64,000 nt of DNA from the human T2T-CHM13v2.0 reference genome, Homo sapiens, in the NCBI RefSeq assembly GCF_009914755.1, contig NC_060930.1. The stretch is one strand, 5' to 3'. The translations under genes were made by a program, and so were the position numbers. Position 1 is the stretch's first letter, and every line of letters starts with the position of its first letter. Shown here one piece after another: positions 12,461 through 26,472 of this stretch. The notes beneath the pieces were generated by a model. The model saw only the letters and a list, made by a program, of their open reading frames with translations. It had not been told where the DNA came from and searched no databases.

Positions 12461-12774
12461 AATCAAAACTACAATGCCATGTAGTAATGCCATGTAGTAA
12501 ATGTATGCCATGATCAAGGGCATACATTTAGTGTATTATCCGCTTTGCAAAACTACACTTTATCTACCTTCACTCAGGTGTTCTTGCCCTTACTCCTTCT
12601 TTCAAAAATTTAAACCAATCATCTTCTACATGAGTAGCACTTTGTTAATCTGGAGACAGAAATAGGTTGTAGTAAAATGATCCAGTTATCTTTAAGAATG
12701 AGACCATTGGTCTTATACTGTGGCATAAATACTTTGAGTGACAATCAAGATGCTTATCTTCTAAGACTGGGCTT

Positions 12775-12800
12775 ACACACACACACACACACACACACAC
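12775..12800. repeat. (CA)n microsatellite
   Basis: Directly visible. Confidence 0.95.
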
Positions 12801-13559
12801 TTACACATACCTGCTTACTATACATTTCAGGACAAATATAAAAGTCAGCAATGAGCCATACTTAACTCTTCTATTTTGAAATTAATAAGAAAATTGTGAT
12901 GTTTTCACTGCTTCTTTCTGTGCCCACACCTCCCTGGTATCTTTCTACTTCAATCTTTCTATTTTTTTTCTGAAATGCTATTATTTGTTTGTTCATTTAT
13001 TTGCTTCACTCTGAGTAACACACTAGACCATATTCCATGGGTTAGGGATTTTATCTTCTACCACTGTATCTCCATTATATGTTCCTGAACCACAGTAGAT
13101 AATAAATAGTAGTTAAATAAACTCATTCTTATGACACAAATAGCACTCTCCTCCAAAATTTGTTTGGAGGAAAGAATCTTAAGTGCTCACAAAAATGTGA
13201 AAATACTCCAAAGACTCATTTTGTCATGGCTCCAAAGGTCTTGACTCATCCTCTTGATGTGTACCCATCCCCTGGAAATAGGAGGAGCTGGTTGAGGGAT
13301 GGAAGGGCTGAATGACCCGCCTACTGACTTTCAGATCTATGTACCAAAGCAGCGTGGGATTACGAATTTCCCCAGTGCCAGCCATACCTCTGACTGTGTT
13401 CTGGATTATCTCCAATAACTGGGAGTTCAAAGCCAGGGTCACTAGGTTTCAGCTGCCGGTAGACTGCATAGAAACAGACTTCACTTTGGAGGAATGTGCA
13501 TCTTAGATAGCCAGTTTGAAGGGCACAGAGAAAACAACCTGCTCTTGTTGGAGGTGGTG

Positions 13560-14440
13560 GTTTATTTATTCAGCAAATATTTATCAAATACATAGGCAGG
13601 GATATCAGGGAACAAAAATGACAATCATCCCTGCCCTTGTGGAACTTACTTTCTAGAGGCTGAGAGTAAAGCCAGATAATAAACAATGACATCATAAATT
13701 TTAGAATCATTTGATGTGTTAGAAGATGATACATGCCATGGATGAAAGAACAGGAGAAGAAAGATCAGGAGTGCTGGGGATACAGGTTGACATTTACACA
13801 GGCTGGGCCAGCTAAGCTTATGAAGAAGGGTAACATTTGGGCACAGATCAAAAGGGGTGAGGCAGTGATACCTGGAAAGAGGCTGTTCCAAGCAAAGGGA
13901 GATCTTGTGCAATGGCCTGTGATGAGAGAGGGCTTGGTGCATTCCAGCATGAGCATGGAAACCCACTGCCATCACAGTGAGCCCATGGGAGAATTTTAGA
14001 AAGTGGGTGCAGAAGGGCAGGGCTACACCACGTAGGGTCTTGTGGGCTCTTGAAAGAGACTGGCTTTCCCTTTGAGAGAGACAGGGAGCACTGATGAGCT
14101 CTGAGCTGAGGAGTGAAATCCAACTAATGTCACGAATGGATCACTCCTGCCGCTGCTGGGATTAGACTGCAGGGTAGAAGCTGAGGGGCCAGTTGAGAGA
14201 AGCAAGCCGGGTGCATGAGGTCAGTGGGATAAACCAGGCTAGGTAGATGTGGACATAGTGAGACGTGAGAAGATTCTAGACATATCTTGAAGATTATAGG
14301 GCCAGTAGGATTTTCTGAATAGATCAGATATTGCATGTGAGAGAAAGCAGTCAAAGACAACCTCAAGATTTTTGGGCAGTGCAACAGAAAGCATGGGATC
14401 TCCATCATCTGAGATGGGAAGGCTGAGATTAAGAAAAAAA
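13560..14440 (-). mobile_element. L2 LINE, ~0.9 kb 3' portion
   Basis: ttattcagcaaatatttat...tccctgcccttgtggaacttactttctag and downstream gtcaaagacaacctcaagatttttgg. Confidence 0.8.
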
Positions 14441-16148
14441 TGCACAATTTCCAATATCATTGAGTGAGTTTGGTCTTGATTGCCATCAGAGTACCCCAAG
14501 ACAGCAGGACTCCTGTGGCCAAGCCCAACCACTTGGCGGCACACAGAGTCTAATGAGTGGGCAGGGTCACCCCATCAAAGCCAGACCTTCCCCTGCTGTC
14601 CGCTCCTCTTACACAAAGTGGTACAAGCACAGCTGAGGTATGCGGCAGATGGCTCTTGCTGGTGCTACTTGGCTGAGGTTACATGTCTGAAAGTTAAGAA
14701 GCGAAACAGTAAACAAAGGGATGTTTAATATTTTGATAGTTGAGATATTCATATGGAAAATGACTCATTTCCTTTTTTCAAAAAATCTGGGACAATCTGT
14801 TTGCTCTACAACTGGTCAAACAATGACCCCCTTTTTTAATAATAGCAAAACTCCTCAGGGTGGCATTCTGAGAAATCATGTGGGAGTTTATGAGAATGTA
14901 AAGGTTAACCTTAAGTAACCCAGACCACTCCCATGAGCTCCACACGTGAGTCAGATTCGGAAAGAAAAGTGCCCCGTGGGTAGTGCTGTCCATTTGCAGA
15001 TAGATCTGCTCACAACTGTTTTCTCAATCTTGGAAACATTCGGTTGAGTCCACTGACTGGCTAAGAAAAGGGTTCTGTCAGGGTTGCATGCAAAGAGAGC
15101 CTAAGCCACCTTCCGGGGGTTCACTCCCCTCCATGAGTCTGCATTGTGAAACAAGGATCCCAGCTAATCCCAAAGTCTACACAGAGGATGACTTTACCTC
15201 CAAGCCCTGAGATTAAAGTAGGTCAAAGTAGACACCTTCCAGACAACAAAATAGGAAAACACCCTAGCCCACTGTAATGGGTACTATTAACAAAGCACTC
15301 TAAGATGGAGAAAGGAAACCAAGATGCTTTGCTAAAGCTCGGTGAGATGGGAGCAGAGATGAACAATGCAAACAAAAATGGCCTTCGCTCCTAATTAGGA
15401 AGTCACAAACACGATGTGTCTTTTTACATGGTTAGACAAAAGTATTACAAAAGCAAAGGGCTTGCTTTTATCAATATAGTTACTGACCAATGTTAAGCAT
15501 AATTATCCCTGGGAAATAGACTTTCAAAGTACAGACAATTTCTTAAGACAAAACTCTGTGCATGTCTGCTAGAAAAAGAACAAGGCCTATTCCAGGTGTT
15601 CAGAGCAGTGACCACATCGTGGCAGGTGGCAAAGTCCTACTAGAGAGATACGTGTACCATTGACAGCACCGTCGATATGTAGATACATTGGCTCACCAAT
15701 ATTTTGGGACAGGGCCCTAAACAATGCGAAGACAGGCTGGGCTGCAGCAGTGCCCCCTCCTTAGTTCTGTGGCAGCCAGAGAAGGCTCCTGGCTGTGGTT
15801 GGGAGGTGACGGAACAGTCAGAGCATGTGAGTCCTTCATAAAGAGAGTTTGCACTGGCAGCCTTCTTAACAAGAGGACCCATTGCTGGTTAGGATGCTTT
15901 TACAAAATTATCTCAATGAACATGGGAAGAGGCTCAGGAAACAGTTATACAATTTGGGATTATACTCCGAGTATATAACTATCACCACTTTAAAAATTAA
16001 CTGTGTGTTTTTTTTAAAGAAAATTGCACAAATTTAACTGGACATTTGTGCCAATTCATTTTTCAGAGAAAATATAAAATGCATTCTACCCTTGAAAGTG
16101 ATTTTTACTTCTTAAACTTCAGCTTTAGAAAGAATAAGACCAGCTTTT

Positions 16149-16266
16149 GCCTGTAATCCCAACACATTGGGAAACAAAGGCAGGAGGATTGCTGGAGGCC
16201 AGGGATTCAAGACCAGCCTGGGCAACATAGCAAGACCTCACCTCTACAACAACAATAACAATAATG
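16149..16266 (+). mobile_element. Alu left monomer (FLAM-like)
   Basis: gcctgtaatcccaacac...gaccagcctgggcaacatagcaagacc plus an A-rich tail. Confidence 0.85.
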
Positions 16267-16328
16267 ACATCACGAAACTTTAGCTAGTTGTAGATGCAGA
16301 GTATGCTATCACATAAGGAACACCTGAA

Positions 16329-16845
16329 TTGGATAGAAGATCTCCCCCTGTGGGTATAACTCGTTGTTTCCGTGTTGGATAGAAGATCTCTCTGTGTGTA
16401 CAATTCATGGTTTCCAAGTTGGATAAAATATCTCTCTCTGTGTGTCCAACTCGTGGCTTACATATTGGATAGAAGATCTCCCTCTAGGCATACAACTCAT
16501 GGTTTCCATTTTGGATAGAACATCTTCCTTTGTGGTAAAATTCATGGTCTCCATGTTGGATAGAAGATCTCCCTCTGTGTGTACAGTTCATGGTTCCTAT
16601 GTTGGATGGAATATCCCCCTCTGTGTGTACAGTTCATGGTTTCCATGTTGGATAGAACATCTGCCTCTGTGGTACAATTCATGGTGTCCATGTGGATAGA
16701 AGATCTCTCTCTGTGTGTACCATTCATGGTCTCCATGTTGCATAGAAGATCTCCCTCTGTGGTACAATTCGCAGTTTCCTAGTGGGACAGAAGATCTCCC
16801 TCTGTGGTACAATTCATGGTTTCCATGTTGCATAGAAGATCTCCC
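16329..16845. repeat. Minisatellite, ~45-46 bp unit, ~11.4 copies
   Basis: Consensus ttggatagaagatctccctctgtg(t)gtacaattcatggtttccatg repeated in tandem. Confidence 0.95.
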
Positions 16846-16954
16846 AAAGCACAACGAGCACCAGAGAATACTAGTGGTGGGCCAGCATCCTGTAGTAAAG
16901 AGGCAAAGATTCCCCTGAAACAAAAATCCTATCCAAGCATCCTTATGCAAAAAG

Positions 16955-18290
16955 GACCTCAACCAAATCCTCAGACCTTATATGGAAATTAACCCAAAAT
17001 GGATCACAAACTTAAATGTAAAACATAAAAGTTATTAGAAAACATTTAAAAGTAAGCATAGGAGAAGATCTTTGGGACCTAGGGCCAGGCACAGTTCTTA
17101 GATTGGACACCAAAGGCATGAGTCATTAAAGAGAAAATTGATAAGCTGGACCGCATCAAAATTAGACACATGTGCTGTGCAAGAGTCTCTGAAGAGATTG
17201 AAAAGGCAAGCTACAGACTGAGGGGAAATGTTGGCACCTCATGTCCGCCAAGGTCTTGAATCTAGAACCTATAATGAATTCTCAAAATTTAATAGGAAAA
17301 ATGAAATGGGCCGAAGACATAAACAGCTGCTTTGTTGAAGAGGACAAATGGCAAATAAGCACATGAGAAGAATTTTAACACCATCTGCCATTAGAAAATG
17401 CAGATTAAAGCCTCAATGAGATATCACTATACACCTGTCACAATACAAAAAATAAAAAACACTAGCAATAACACCAAATGGTGGTGGGGTGAAGAGAAAC
17501 TAGATCACTCGTACATTGCTGGTGGGAATGTAAAATGATACAGCCACTCTGGAAAATAGTTTCTTACGAAGCAAACCATGCACTTACCCTAAGACTCAGT
17601 AATTCCACCCCTGAACAGCTATGCCAGAGAAATAAAGGCTTATGTTTACACAGAAACCTGTACACAAATGTTCATAGCAGCATTTCTTGTAATAATAAAA
17701 AAACACTGGAAATAACCCAAATATCTTTCAATGGGTGAATGGCTAAACAAACTGGTATGTCCACACCATTAAATAGTACTCAGTGACAAACACACAACTT
17801 GGATTACTCTCCAGTGAATTATGTGGAGTATAGAAAGCAAATCTCAAAAGACTACATAGTATATGATCATTTCAATAACATTCTTGAAATAACAAACTAT
17901 TGAGAGGGAGAACTAAAAAACAGATTAGTGGTTGTCAGAGGATCATGATGGGAGATAAAAGCATTGGCTGTGGCTGTTTGAGGTCAGCAGGATGGAGACT
18001 AGTGATAGAATTGTGTTTATATTGACTATGCCAGTGGTGGTCAAACAATGCTTCACGTCTGATAAGACCACATAGAACTAAATACACACAAATGAGTGCA
18101 AGAAACATTTGGGAAATCTGAATATGGTGGATGGATTTTATCAATGCCAATATGTTGATTATCATAGCAGACTGTAGTTACACAGGATGCTGCCATTGGG
18201 GGGAACTGCAAGAAGGGTATATGAGGCTCTGTATTATTTTTTACAATTGCATAAAAATCTTCAATTTTCTTAAAATAAAAGTTTAAAAAA
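16955..18290 (+). mobile_element. Old L1M (MC/MD-type) ORF2 3' end plus 3' UTR
   Basis: aaattaacccaaaatggatcac...cattgctggtgggaatgtaaaatgatacagccactctggaaaa...aaaataaaagtttaaaaaa. Confidence 0.85.
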
Positions 18291-19213
18291 TCTTATTCAA
18301 CAGAAAATATGCAGTGTACTTGTTTCTGTCTCTGGGACCCCAGTTTTCCAGCTGTTTTCTGCCTGGAGCAACCCTGGCAAGGTGAGGTGAATGAAGTACC
18401 AGCAATAGTGGCTGATGGTGCCATCTTTGATTTCTTCTGCAGGTGAGGCCCCAAGCCAAGGCAGGACCTGAGATGTTCACTGATAAAGCCAGTTCTAGTA
18501 AGAAGCCATCCATCCTTGCTTGGAGCTGTAAACCATCCCTTCTTACCTGGCAACAAACACCCTTTAGCCAATTAATCTGAAACTAAATATGTATGTCTCC
18601 TTTAGTGTTGAGAAACCTCTCCTATTTTGGCTTTTTCCATAGTATTTGTGTCCATGTCTAAATTCTCAGAGGCAAAAGTTCTATTTTAAATGGAAAAGTC
18701 AAACAAAAGAACAAAATGTTCGATTGACCTTTAAAGACTTAGAGTTTACAGTTAATTTGGAAACCCTAACGGTTAGATTGGACACACCCTATGTTCACAC
18801 TCTCCCTGTGTGTCCCTGCACTGGATGACAGGAAGAGAAAAACAAGCCAGGCTTCCAGCCACTGGCAATTAGAGCACAGCATCCAACCCGAGAAAAATCA
18901 GACTTTCCACCCAATCCCACCATCAAAGATGTGTCAGACAGGCTGGGCTCCACTGTCCTTGGATGACTTCCTGGGTCACTGCAAAGATCTTTAAGCCTCA
19001 GAGCTACTGAAGGTAATTCTGTTTTATAATGAAGATGTTGTACTTTACATCAAAAAGGATTTCATTTTCTAATGGAAATATGTTGCATTTCTATAGATTT
19101 TGCAGTTGCATTTAAAAGACTTGGGCTGTGTGGGAGAGGGGTTGATTGGAGTTTACTTACTATAGAAACAAACTTATGGAAGCATGTTAAGATTCATTAA
19201 AAAGCACATGCTA

Positions 19214-19437
19214 TGTTCTCACTTATAAGTGGGAGTTGAACAATGAATACACATGGACACAGGGAGGGTAACATCACACACTGGGGCCTGTTGGGGGGTG
19301 GGGGGCTAGGGGAGGGATAGCATTAGGAGAAATACCTAAGGTAGATGACAGGTTGATGCATGCAGCAAACCACCATGGCCTATGTAACAAACCTGCACGT
19401 CTTGCACATGTACGCCAGAACGTAAAGTATAACTTAA
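19214..19437 (+). mobile_element. 5'-truncated L1PA (L1PA7-like) 3' UTR with 15-bp TSD
   Basis: tgttctcacttataagtgggagttgaacaatga...ggggagggatagcattaggagaaatacc; TSD AAAAAGCACATGCTA at 19199-19213 and 19438-19452. Confidence 0.92.
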
Positions 19438-19861
19438 AAAAAGCACATGCTAGTCCTTAAACTACCTGGAATTCATCCTAAGAAAATAGTGAAGTATGCC
19501 TTTCAGGATTTAGCCATAAGGATATTAGTTACACTGCTGTTAGAAACAGCCTAAAAGCCAACAACAGATTGGTTAAATTATTTACAATTATATATCAGAA
19601 TGATCATATAAAACTATTTTATTGATATGGAAAGATAATCACAATACAGTAAGATTTTTAAAAGGCAGTTTTTTAACAACTGAACATGATTTATGGAAAT
19701 AATATAAATGTATAAATGACTATGCAGAAAGTTTGAAGAATATACGCAAAGGTATTTTATGTGTTGGTCTGTGGGTAGGATTGGGAAAGTCTTGTATTTT
19801 CTCTTGCTTATATGTCTTTTTTTTCTCGTTTTTCTTTCATGAATATTATTAACATGAGAAT

Positions 19862-19864
<3 letters not shown>

Positions 19865-19907
<43 letters not shown>
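19865..19907. repeat. (TA)n microsatellite, ~21 units
   Basis: Directly visible. Confidence 0.97.
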
Positions 19908-19910
<3 letters not shown>

Positions 19911-20220
19911 TTTTGTTTGTTTGTTTGTTTGTGTTTGAGACAGAGGAGTCTCTCTCTGTTGCCCAGGCTGGAGTGCAGTGGCACCATCTCGGCTCACTGT
20001 AACCTCCACCTCTTGGGTTGAAGCAATTCTCCTGCCTAAGCCCCCCAAGTATCTGGGACTATAGGTGTGCGCCACCATGCCCAGCTAATTTTTAAATTTT
20101 TAGTAGAGACGGGGTTTCACCATATTGGCCAGGCTGGTCTCTAACTCCTAACCTTAAGTGATCTGCGCACCCTCGCCTCCCAAAGTGATGGGATTACAGG
20201 TGTGAGCCACCACGCCAGGC
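19908..20220 (-). mobile_element. AluS element
   Basis: Full dimer on the minus strand with a (GTTT)n tail; TSD tgagaatgacata at 19855-19867 and 20221-20233. Confidence 0.95.
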
Positions 20221-22041
20221 TGAGAATGACATAAATTTTTAAATTATGTTCTTTTATATATAATTTAATATGTACTATTTATACGTAATTAAACATATTT
20301 AATATTTATATGTAATATTTATACATAATTATATAAACACTATGTATACACTATATACATTTAAAGTAAGTATGTTAAAGCCCTAGCTTCATCACACTCA
20401 GAAGTAGGTAAAAAGGGGGAAAACATGGGTCCTGCATGGGCGTCCTCAAAGGTACCTGTTTAGAGGTATTCCCTGGAGTTGGTGATGAGATCTTAAAGTT
20501 ACCTTGCATAAGAATCATTCTTATTTGCACTGTGAGCAGATTGATTGGAGGATGAGAATAAAAGGGGGTTCGTGAAACCCACATGAGGCCGAGGGAAGAG
20601 TCAGTCCTACGTGGTTTCTGCACAACCTGCTGGACCCACTCCAGGATCCAGGGAGCCCTCAGGTCAGCACGTGCTCAGACACCCACTGTTTAACCGCCAG
20701 GCATGGGGTGTGAGCTGCTCAGCCCCTCATGCTCGACTTGAGCTGGTCCTCCAACCTTGCTATTCATCTGGAATGACAAAATAGCTTGTTCTCAAAAGAC
20801 CATGGCAGAGCAAAAGGGGGACATTTCCTGGAAAGCATCCACTCTACAGGAAATAAAAGGCAAAGCTGTCTTCATATTTGAAACCTGGTGGTGCCAACAT
20901 CCCGGCTGCTGGTGGCCGACGTCTGGAGCACTTCTGACTCCCTCACATCCCCTCTCAACCCAGCACACATCACTTAGTGCCTCCTGAGTGCTGGGACCTA
21001 TGGTGGGCTCTAGGAGCTCAGAGAAGAATGCAATCTTTTCTCAACAAGCAATTGCTCAGCCCCGACTCCACTGTGTGTCCCCAAAATGTACTCAGGGAAA
21101 TGAATGAAAATGAGATAGGATTCTTTGGTTGAGAAGTTTCTAGTGCAGTCTTGCTGGGATGAGAGACGAAGAACTAAACCATGGTGCACGTTAGAGCCAT
21201 ACAGGTCTCCTTTCTATCTGAGCTCTTCCCCCAGAAGCTGTGTGTCCCTGGGCAAGTGAATCAGCCTCTTGGAGCTTCTGACTCCTCGTCTCTAAAATGA
21301 GACCTTCTGCACAGAAGGTTGTTTGGAGGACAAAACTCATGGCCAGGCACACAATAGCATTCACCAAGAAATGAATTCAGTCTACAGCCTCACGTGTGGC
21401 GGGCATTCGGTAAACTGGTAAAGACGTGGTTGGTGCAGAAAAACAAAAGAACTAAAACAAGATGCTTGTAAAGCACGCAGGAGTCCTCGAGTGCAGGTCA
21501 GATTTGAGGATGGTGTAGGAAGTGGCTGGACACGGGGAAGGATCAAACATGGGGTTGTGCTTTTTCTCTCCTCAGATGTGTTTGTTTGCTTCTGAGAAAA
21601 GCAGAGTGGATACCTAGGCAGGGAATATTATTTCTCTTGCCCCAGCATTCTGGACACGTTCCATACATGTGATGGAATAATACAACATTGCTGTGAAGGC
21701 CGTCAGAAACATTACAACCACTCAGGTTGGGTCAGGCTGCCCACGGGACCCGGAGTGACCACTGTGTGGGGCTGGATGCCGCGACACCCTATGTGTCCCA
21801 TGCCCCAGCTAGCAGCCCCATGTGTGCAGGGCCTTCAGTGCTGCTGGAAAATCATGAAGTCGAAAGCATATTTTCTTAGAAGGATCCGTTCCTACCAGAT
21901 TTGGATAAACACAGCCAACTTCACTGTCCCTAGCAACATCCCCATGACCGCGTCCGCACAAGAAAATCTGACCCAGCCTGTGGCATGGGCACTGCAGTTG
22001 CCCATCACCTAGCACCGGGCTGGCTCAGAGCTGCTGTCACC

Positions 22042-22350
22042 CAGGTGGGAAGAGTGTGCTCCCTAATGACCAGGCAACATCACTCCAGGCGTGAGGGCAG
22101 CAGGTGGGAAGAGAGTGCTCCCTAATGACCGGGCACATATCACTCCAGGTGTGAGGGTGGCAGGTGGGAAAAGAGTGCTCCCTAATGACCAGGCAACATC
22201 ACTCCAGGCGTGAAGGCGGCAGGTGGGAAGAGAGTGCTCCCTAATGACCAGGCACATATCACTCCAGAAATGAGGGTGGCAGCTGGGAAAAGAGTGCTCC
22301 CTAATGACCAGGCACATATCACTCCAGGCATGAGGGTGGCAGGTGGGAAG
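22042..22350. repeat. GC-rich minisatellite, 59-60 bp unit, ~5.2 copies
   Basis: Units start at 22042, 22101, 22161, 22220, 22280, 22340: caggtgggaa(g/a)agagtgctccctaatgaccaggca...cactccagg.gtgagggtgg. Confidence 0.95.
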
Positions 22351-23259
22351 GTTCACAGATCCCTGAGCCACTGATGAATGAAGAAAATGGTTTCTTCTCC
22401 ATGTTCACCAGGAAGCCTAGAGAGTTATGAGGAAGAAGAGCATTCATAGCCCTTTTCACCTCCATGGAGCTGCCAAGGATCTTCATGAAGAAAAGAAGTT
22501 AGGGACAAGTGGCCCAAGAGAAGAGAGAGGGTGTGGGTGGCCACCCAGCAGGCAGGAAGGAAACACTTGAATTTCCTTCCTTTGCATGCGTTCTTTGGGT
22601 CTATGGACATGACCAACTGGATCAGGGAAGAAAACAGAGAAATAAGGAGAGAAAATTAACAATGTGTTGTTTCCCTGCTGAATTCACAGTCCACAGAGTT
22701 GCTTCGAGTTTCACAAGTCATACTTTTTCCTTCAGTTTTGTTTTCTTCAAAAGATACTCAGGTTCTGCCTTCATCAGTATTCCAATAAGCCCATGCCGTG
22801 CACGCCTTGCCCAAAGGCCGCTGATGAAAACGCTGGCTGTGCATGGAAGGAAGTGGCAGAAAGAAACAGATTCCTATTCTTCCATAAAGCAACTTACTTG
22901 CATTCGGAACATTTCAAGTGAAAAATCCTGAGCACTTTAATTGCCCATGTTAACGAGGGCCGAGGCTGTGAGGGCTGGAGCTGCGGGGAAGGCTCCCGGC
23001 TCACTGACACGAGGGGAGCTTCACCGTGGCTCTTCGCAGGATCAGGAACTGGCATTTCAGCCTGGCGCAGCCTGGAACATGGGAAGCCACCGTGGTGCTG
23101 ATGAAACTGAGGGAACCGCAAGGAGAACGAGCCAGCCCCGTGAAATATGGTGAGACAGCATGGAGCATTGACGATGCCTGTTAGGAACCTTCTCATGCCC
23201 CTGCACCTCTGCGATATCAGATGGGGACCTCGCGCATTTCAAATATGACTTGATTGTAG

Positions 23260-23570
23260 AAAATGATTGGTTCATCTCCTCTTCCATCCACTTTCCCATG
23301 GTGGTCTCCTTCCATTCTTCAGGCCTCTGCTCAAGTGCGACCACTTCAGGAGTCTTTCTTGCCAGCCTAGCTAGGGAAGCAGCTCTGACTGGCACTCATG
23401 AGCACCTTGCTCTGTTCCTTGGCTGCAGTCATTATTATTTGACATCCTATTTATTCATGTACCTCCTCAGTGTCTGTTCACAAGAATAGATACCACATCT
23501 GTCTACAATAGTAACTGGCATATAATAGGTGTTCAACACGTATTTATTGAAAGACGAAAAGGAATAAAGG
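23260..23570 (+). mobile_element. L2 fragment
   Basis: ttcaggcctctgctcaagtg...tctacaatagtaactggcatataataggtgttcaacacgtatttattgaa. Confidence 0.6.
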
Positions 23571-24511
23571 GGCCATGGACTGCAGCAGAGTGAATGGACC
23601 CTGATATTTGTGCTTGTTTGCACACTTGTCCTATACTCACACTTCATTCCACAAAGGATTCGAGGCAGAACTAATTCTGTGGTTTGCCATAAAATTGTAT
23701 TGAGTGCCTATTATTTGCAGATGTGAACATGAAAGAAGGTGGGAGAAATAGTGCAGGTGTTTAAGGTTTTGAAATGCTTTTCTATGGGCAGCACCAGTTC
23801 CTTGCAGCCCTCCAGAGTCGCATCTGATATTTGTATTCCTTGTCTCATACCTCGGGGAGAAGCCAAGGTCTATGTGGAAAAGGTTCTACATGAAATGGCT
23901 GTATTGTAAAGAAACAAAATAAAACAAAGACCCAGCTCTCCTAGGGGCTGTCTCCCGACAGTCACTTCTCCTCCTTCCAAAGCGTGGCTGTGATCCAGTG
24001 TGTGGCGCCCTCCTGCTACACCCAGAGGAAAAAGCTCCAGGAGGTTGTTGAGAAGCAGGAATGAGACAGAACAGAGGTTGAGCTGGACCACCAGGAGGCC
24101 ACACCCTGCGGCTCTCATCAGTGGCATGTGGCAGATGACAGAAAGGTCAGAGTCCCCTCACGAGGCAGGTGAGTGGAGGCACAGCACAGCCTTGGCAAGT
24201 GCGGGTGAACGGTCACAAAAGCAGAAACCATCAAGCTAGTGCCGGTCCCAGGAAATGCAGCTCCACACAGGGGACGATATACCGCCCGCTGAAGAGGTCC
24301 TCAAAGCATGGCTCAGCCCAAGAAGTCCAGATCTTCCTGCCCTCTGTCTTTGGTGGAGACTCATGAGAAATACCAGTCTAGGAATGGCACCGGCATCAAG
24401 TCTTGAGGTTAATAAGGCTTTTTAACTTTGTTACATTTTTTATCTGCGTTCTTAAAAGTTGGAACAGAATAATAGTGTGGACAGCCAAAGTTTTTGACAT
24501 GTGAGAGCTAG

Positions 24512-24943
<432 letters not shown>

Positions 24944-26160
24944 TGAGCTGAACTTTTTGAGGGATAACTGGTTATGAGTTTCCGGGGGGCTTAGCCTTTA
25001 AAGACTCAGGAAGTTGGTGCAAGAGCTGGTGGATAGCAGGTTGCCCTGCTCCAGGCATTCCCCTCCACAACCCCTCCAAGGAGACCAGGCAGAGTTCACC
25101 CAGGGCTGGGGAAGAGGCAGGACCAAAGAGGAGGGAGAGAGCCAGGCAGCAGTGGGCTCCTGAGAGAGGCCTCTCCCCTGGGTTGATTCCTGGTCTGGGG
25201 AGGCTACCAGAGATGACAAACCCCTCCCCAGGTTTGTGGATATGAAGACATTAGGAGTCTTCCTTGGGGAGCACACAGGAGGCAGCAAGTCTTGTGGTAA
25301 AGTCCCCTCTACCTGTGTGGTTGGGCAGCAGATGAAGGAAAAATGGCTTTACAGGGTGTCTAGACATGAGAAGACCCGAAACAGTCCCTATGTTGTCAGT
25401 GGGCACCAGGCAAGGAGGAGAAGGTGAAACATCGCAGTTTCCAGAGAGGGAAGAGAATTGGCTGAGAAAAGCTTGATGGACCCACAGGAGAGAGAAACTA
25501 AAACCTACTTCTCTTTTTAAGCACCTTGCCTGGTAGCTAGCATAGCACACGTCCATTCATTAATAAATTTGGATATTACCAGGCAATTCTAGTTTGTCTC
25601 ATTTTAGACTTGCTGAGGACAAATGAACTCAAGCCAGTCGATCTTTTATATTATGCCCTAAAAAATATATGCCCACTTCTAAGGGAAAAATTAAAAAAGC
25701 ATTGCTTCTCATTTTTTACATAAATTTATACAAATTCACATGGGAAGCAGAGACCTGAAAATTCATTTTCAAATATACATAATGAAAGGCATTCCCCCTG
25801 AGGAAACTCTCCCTGGTTAAAGAATTGTCAGCAGAGTGCTTCTGGGTTTTTACAGCCCAAGTTTCATAGAATATACACATCTTTTGGTACAGGATTTTTA
25901 GGCTAGCATTTGTACAGGAAAAGAAATTTATACACAACAAAAATGTAACACAACATTCTGGAATAAGGAAACATACAGGGAGACATCTCAGGCTACCTTC
26001 CAAGTGTAGCCGGGAGCAGGTCAGAACCAAAACGGCTGCTTTGATGGGCACCTTGGGGCCAACCACAGGCACAGCACAGCAAGAGGGGTTTGTGAACATA
26101 AATTCTGGGACAAAAGCACAGCTCCAGTTTGCAATTTTTCATTTTGAAGCATCAATTCCC

Positions 26161-26472
<312 letters not shown>

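Noticed and set aside
16329-16845. CRISPR-like appearance of the regularly spaced repeat (also 22042-22350 and 41565-41752)
   Set aside because: The whole unit repeats with no unique spacers, and the DNA is primate; these are minisatellites
19614-20078. Alu-derived ORFs (also 26207-26548, 38438-38623, 45448-45793, 59518-59772)
   Set aside because: Typical Alu translations (LECSG, PASAS), not genes
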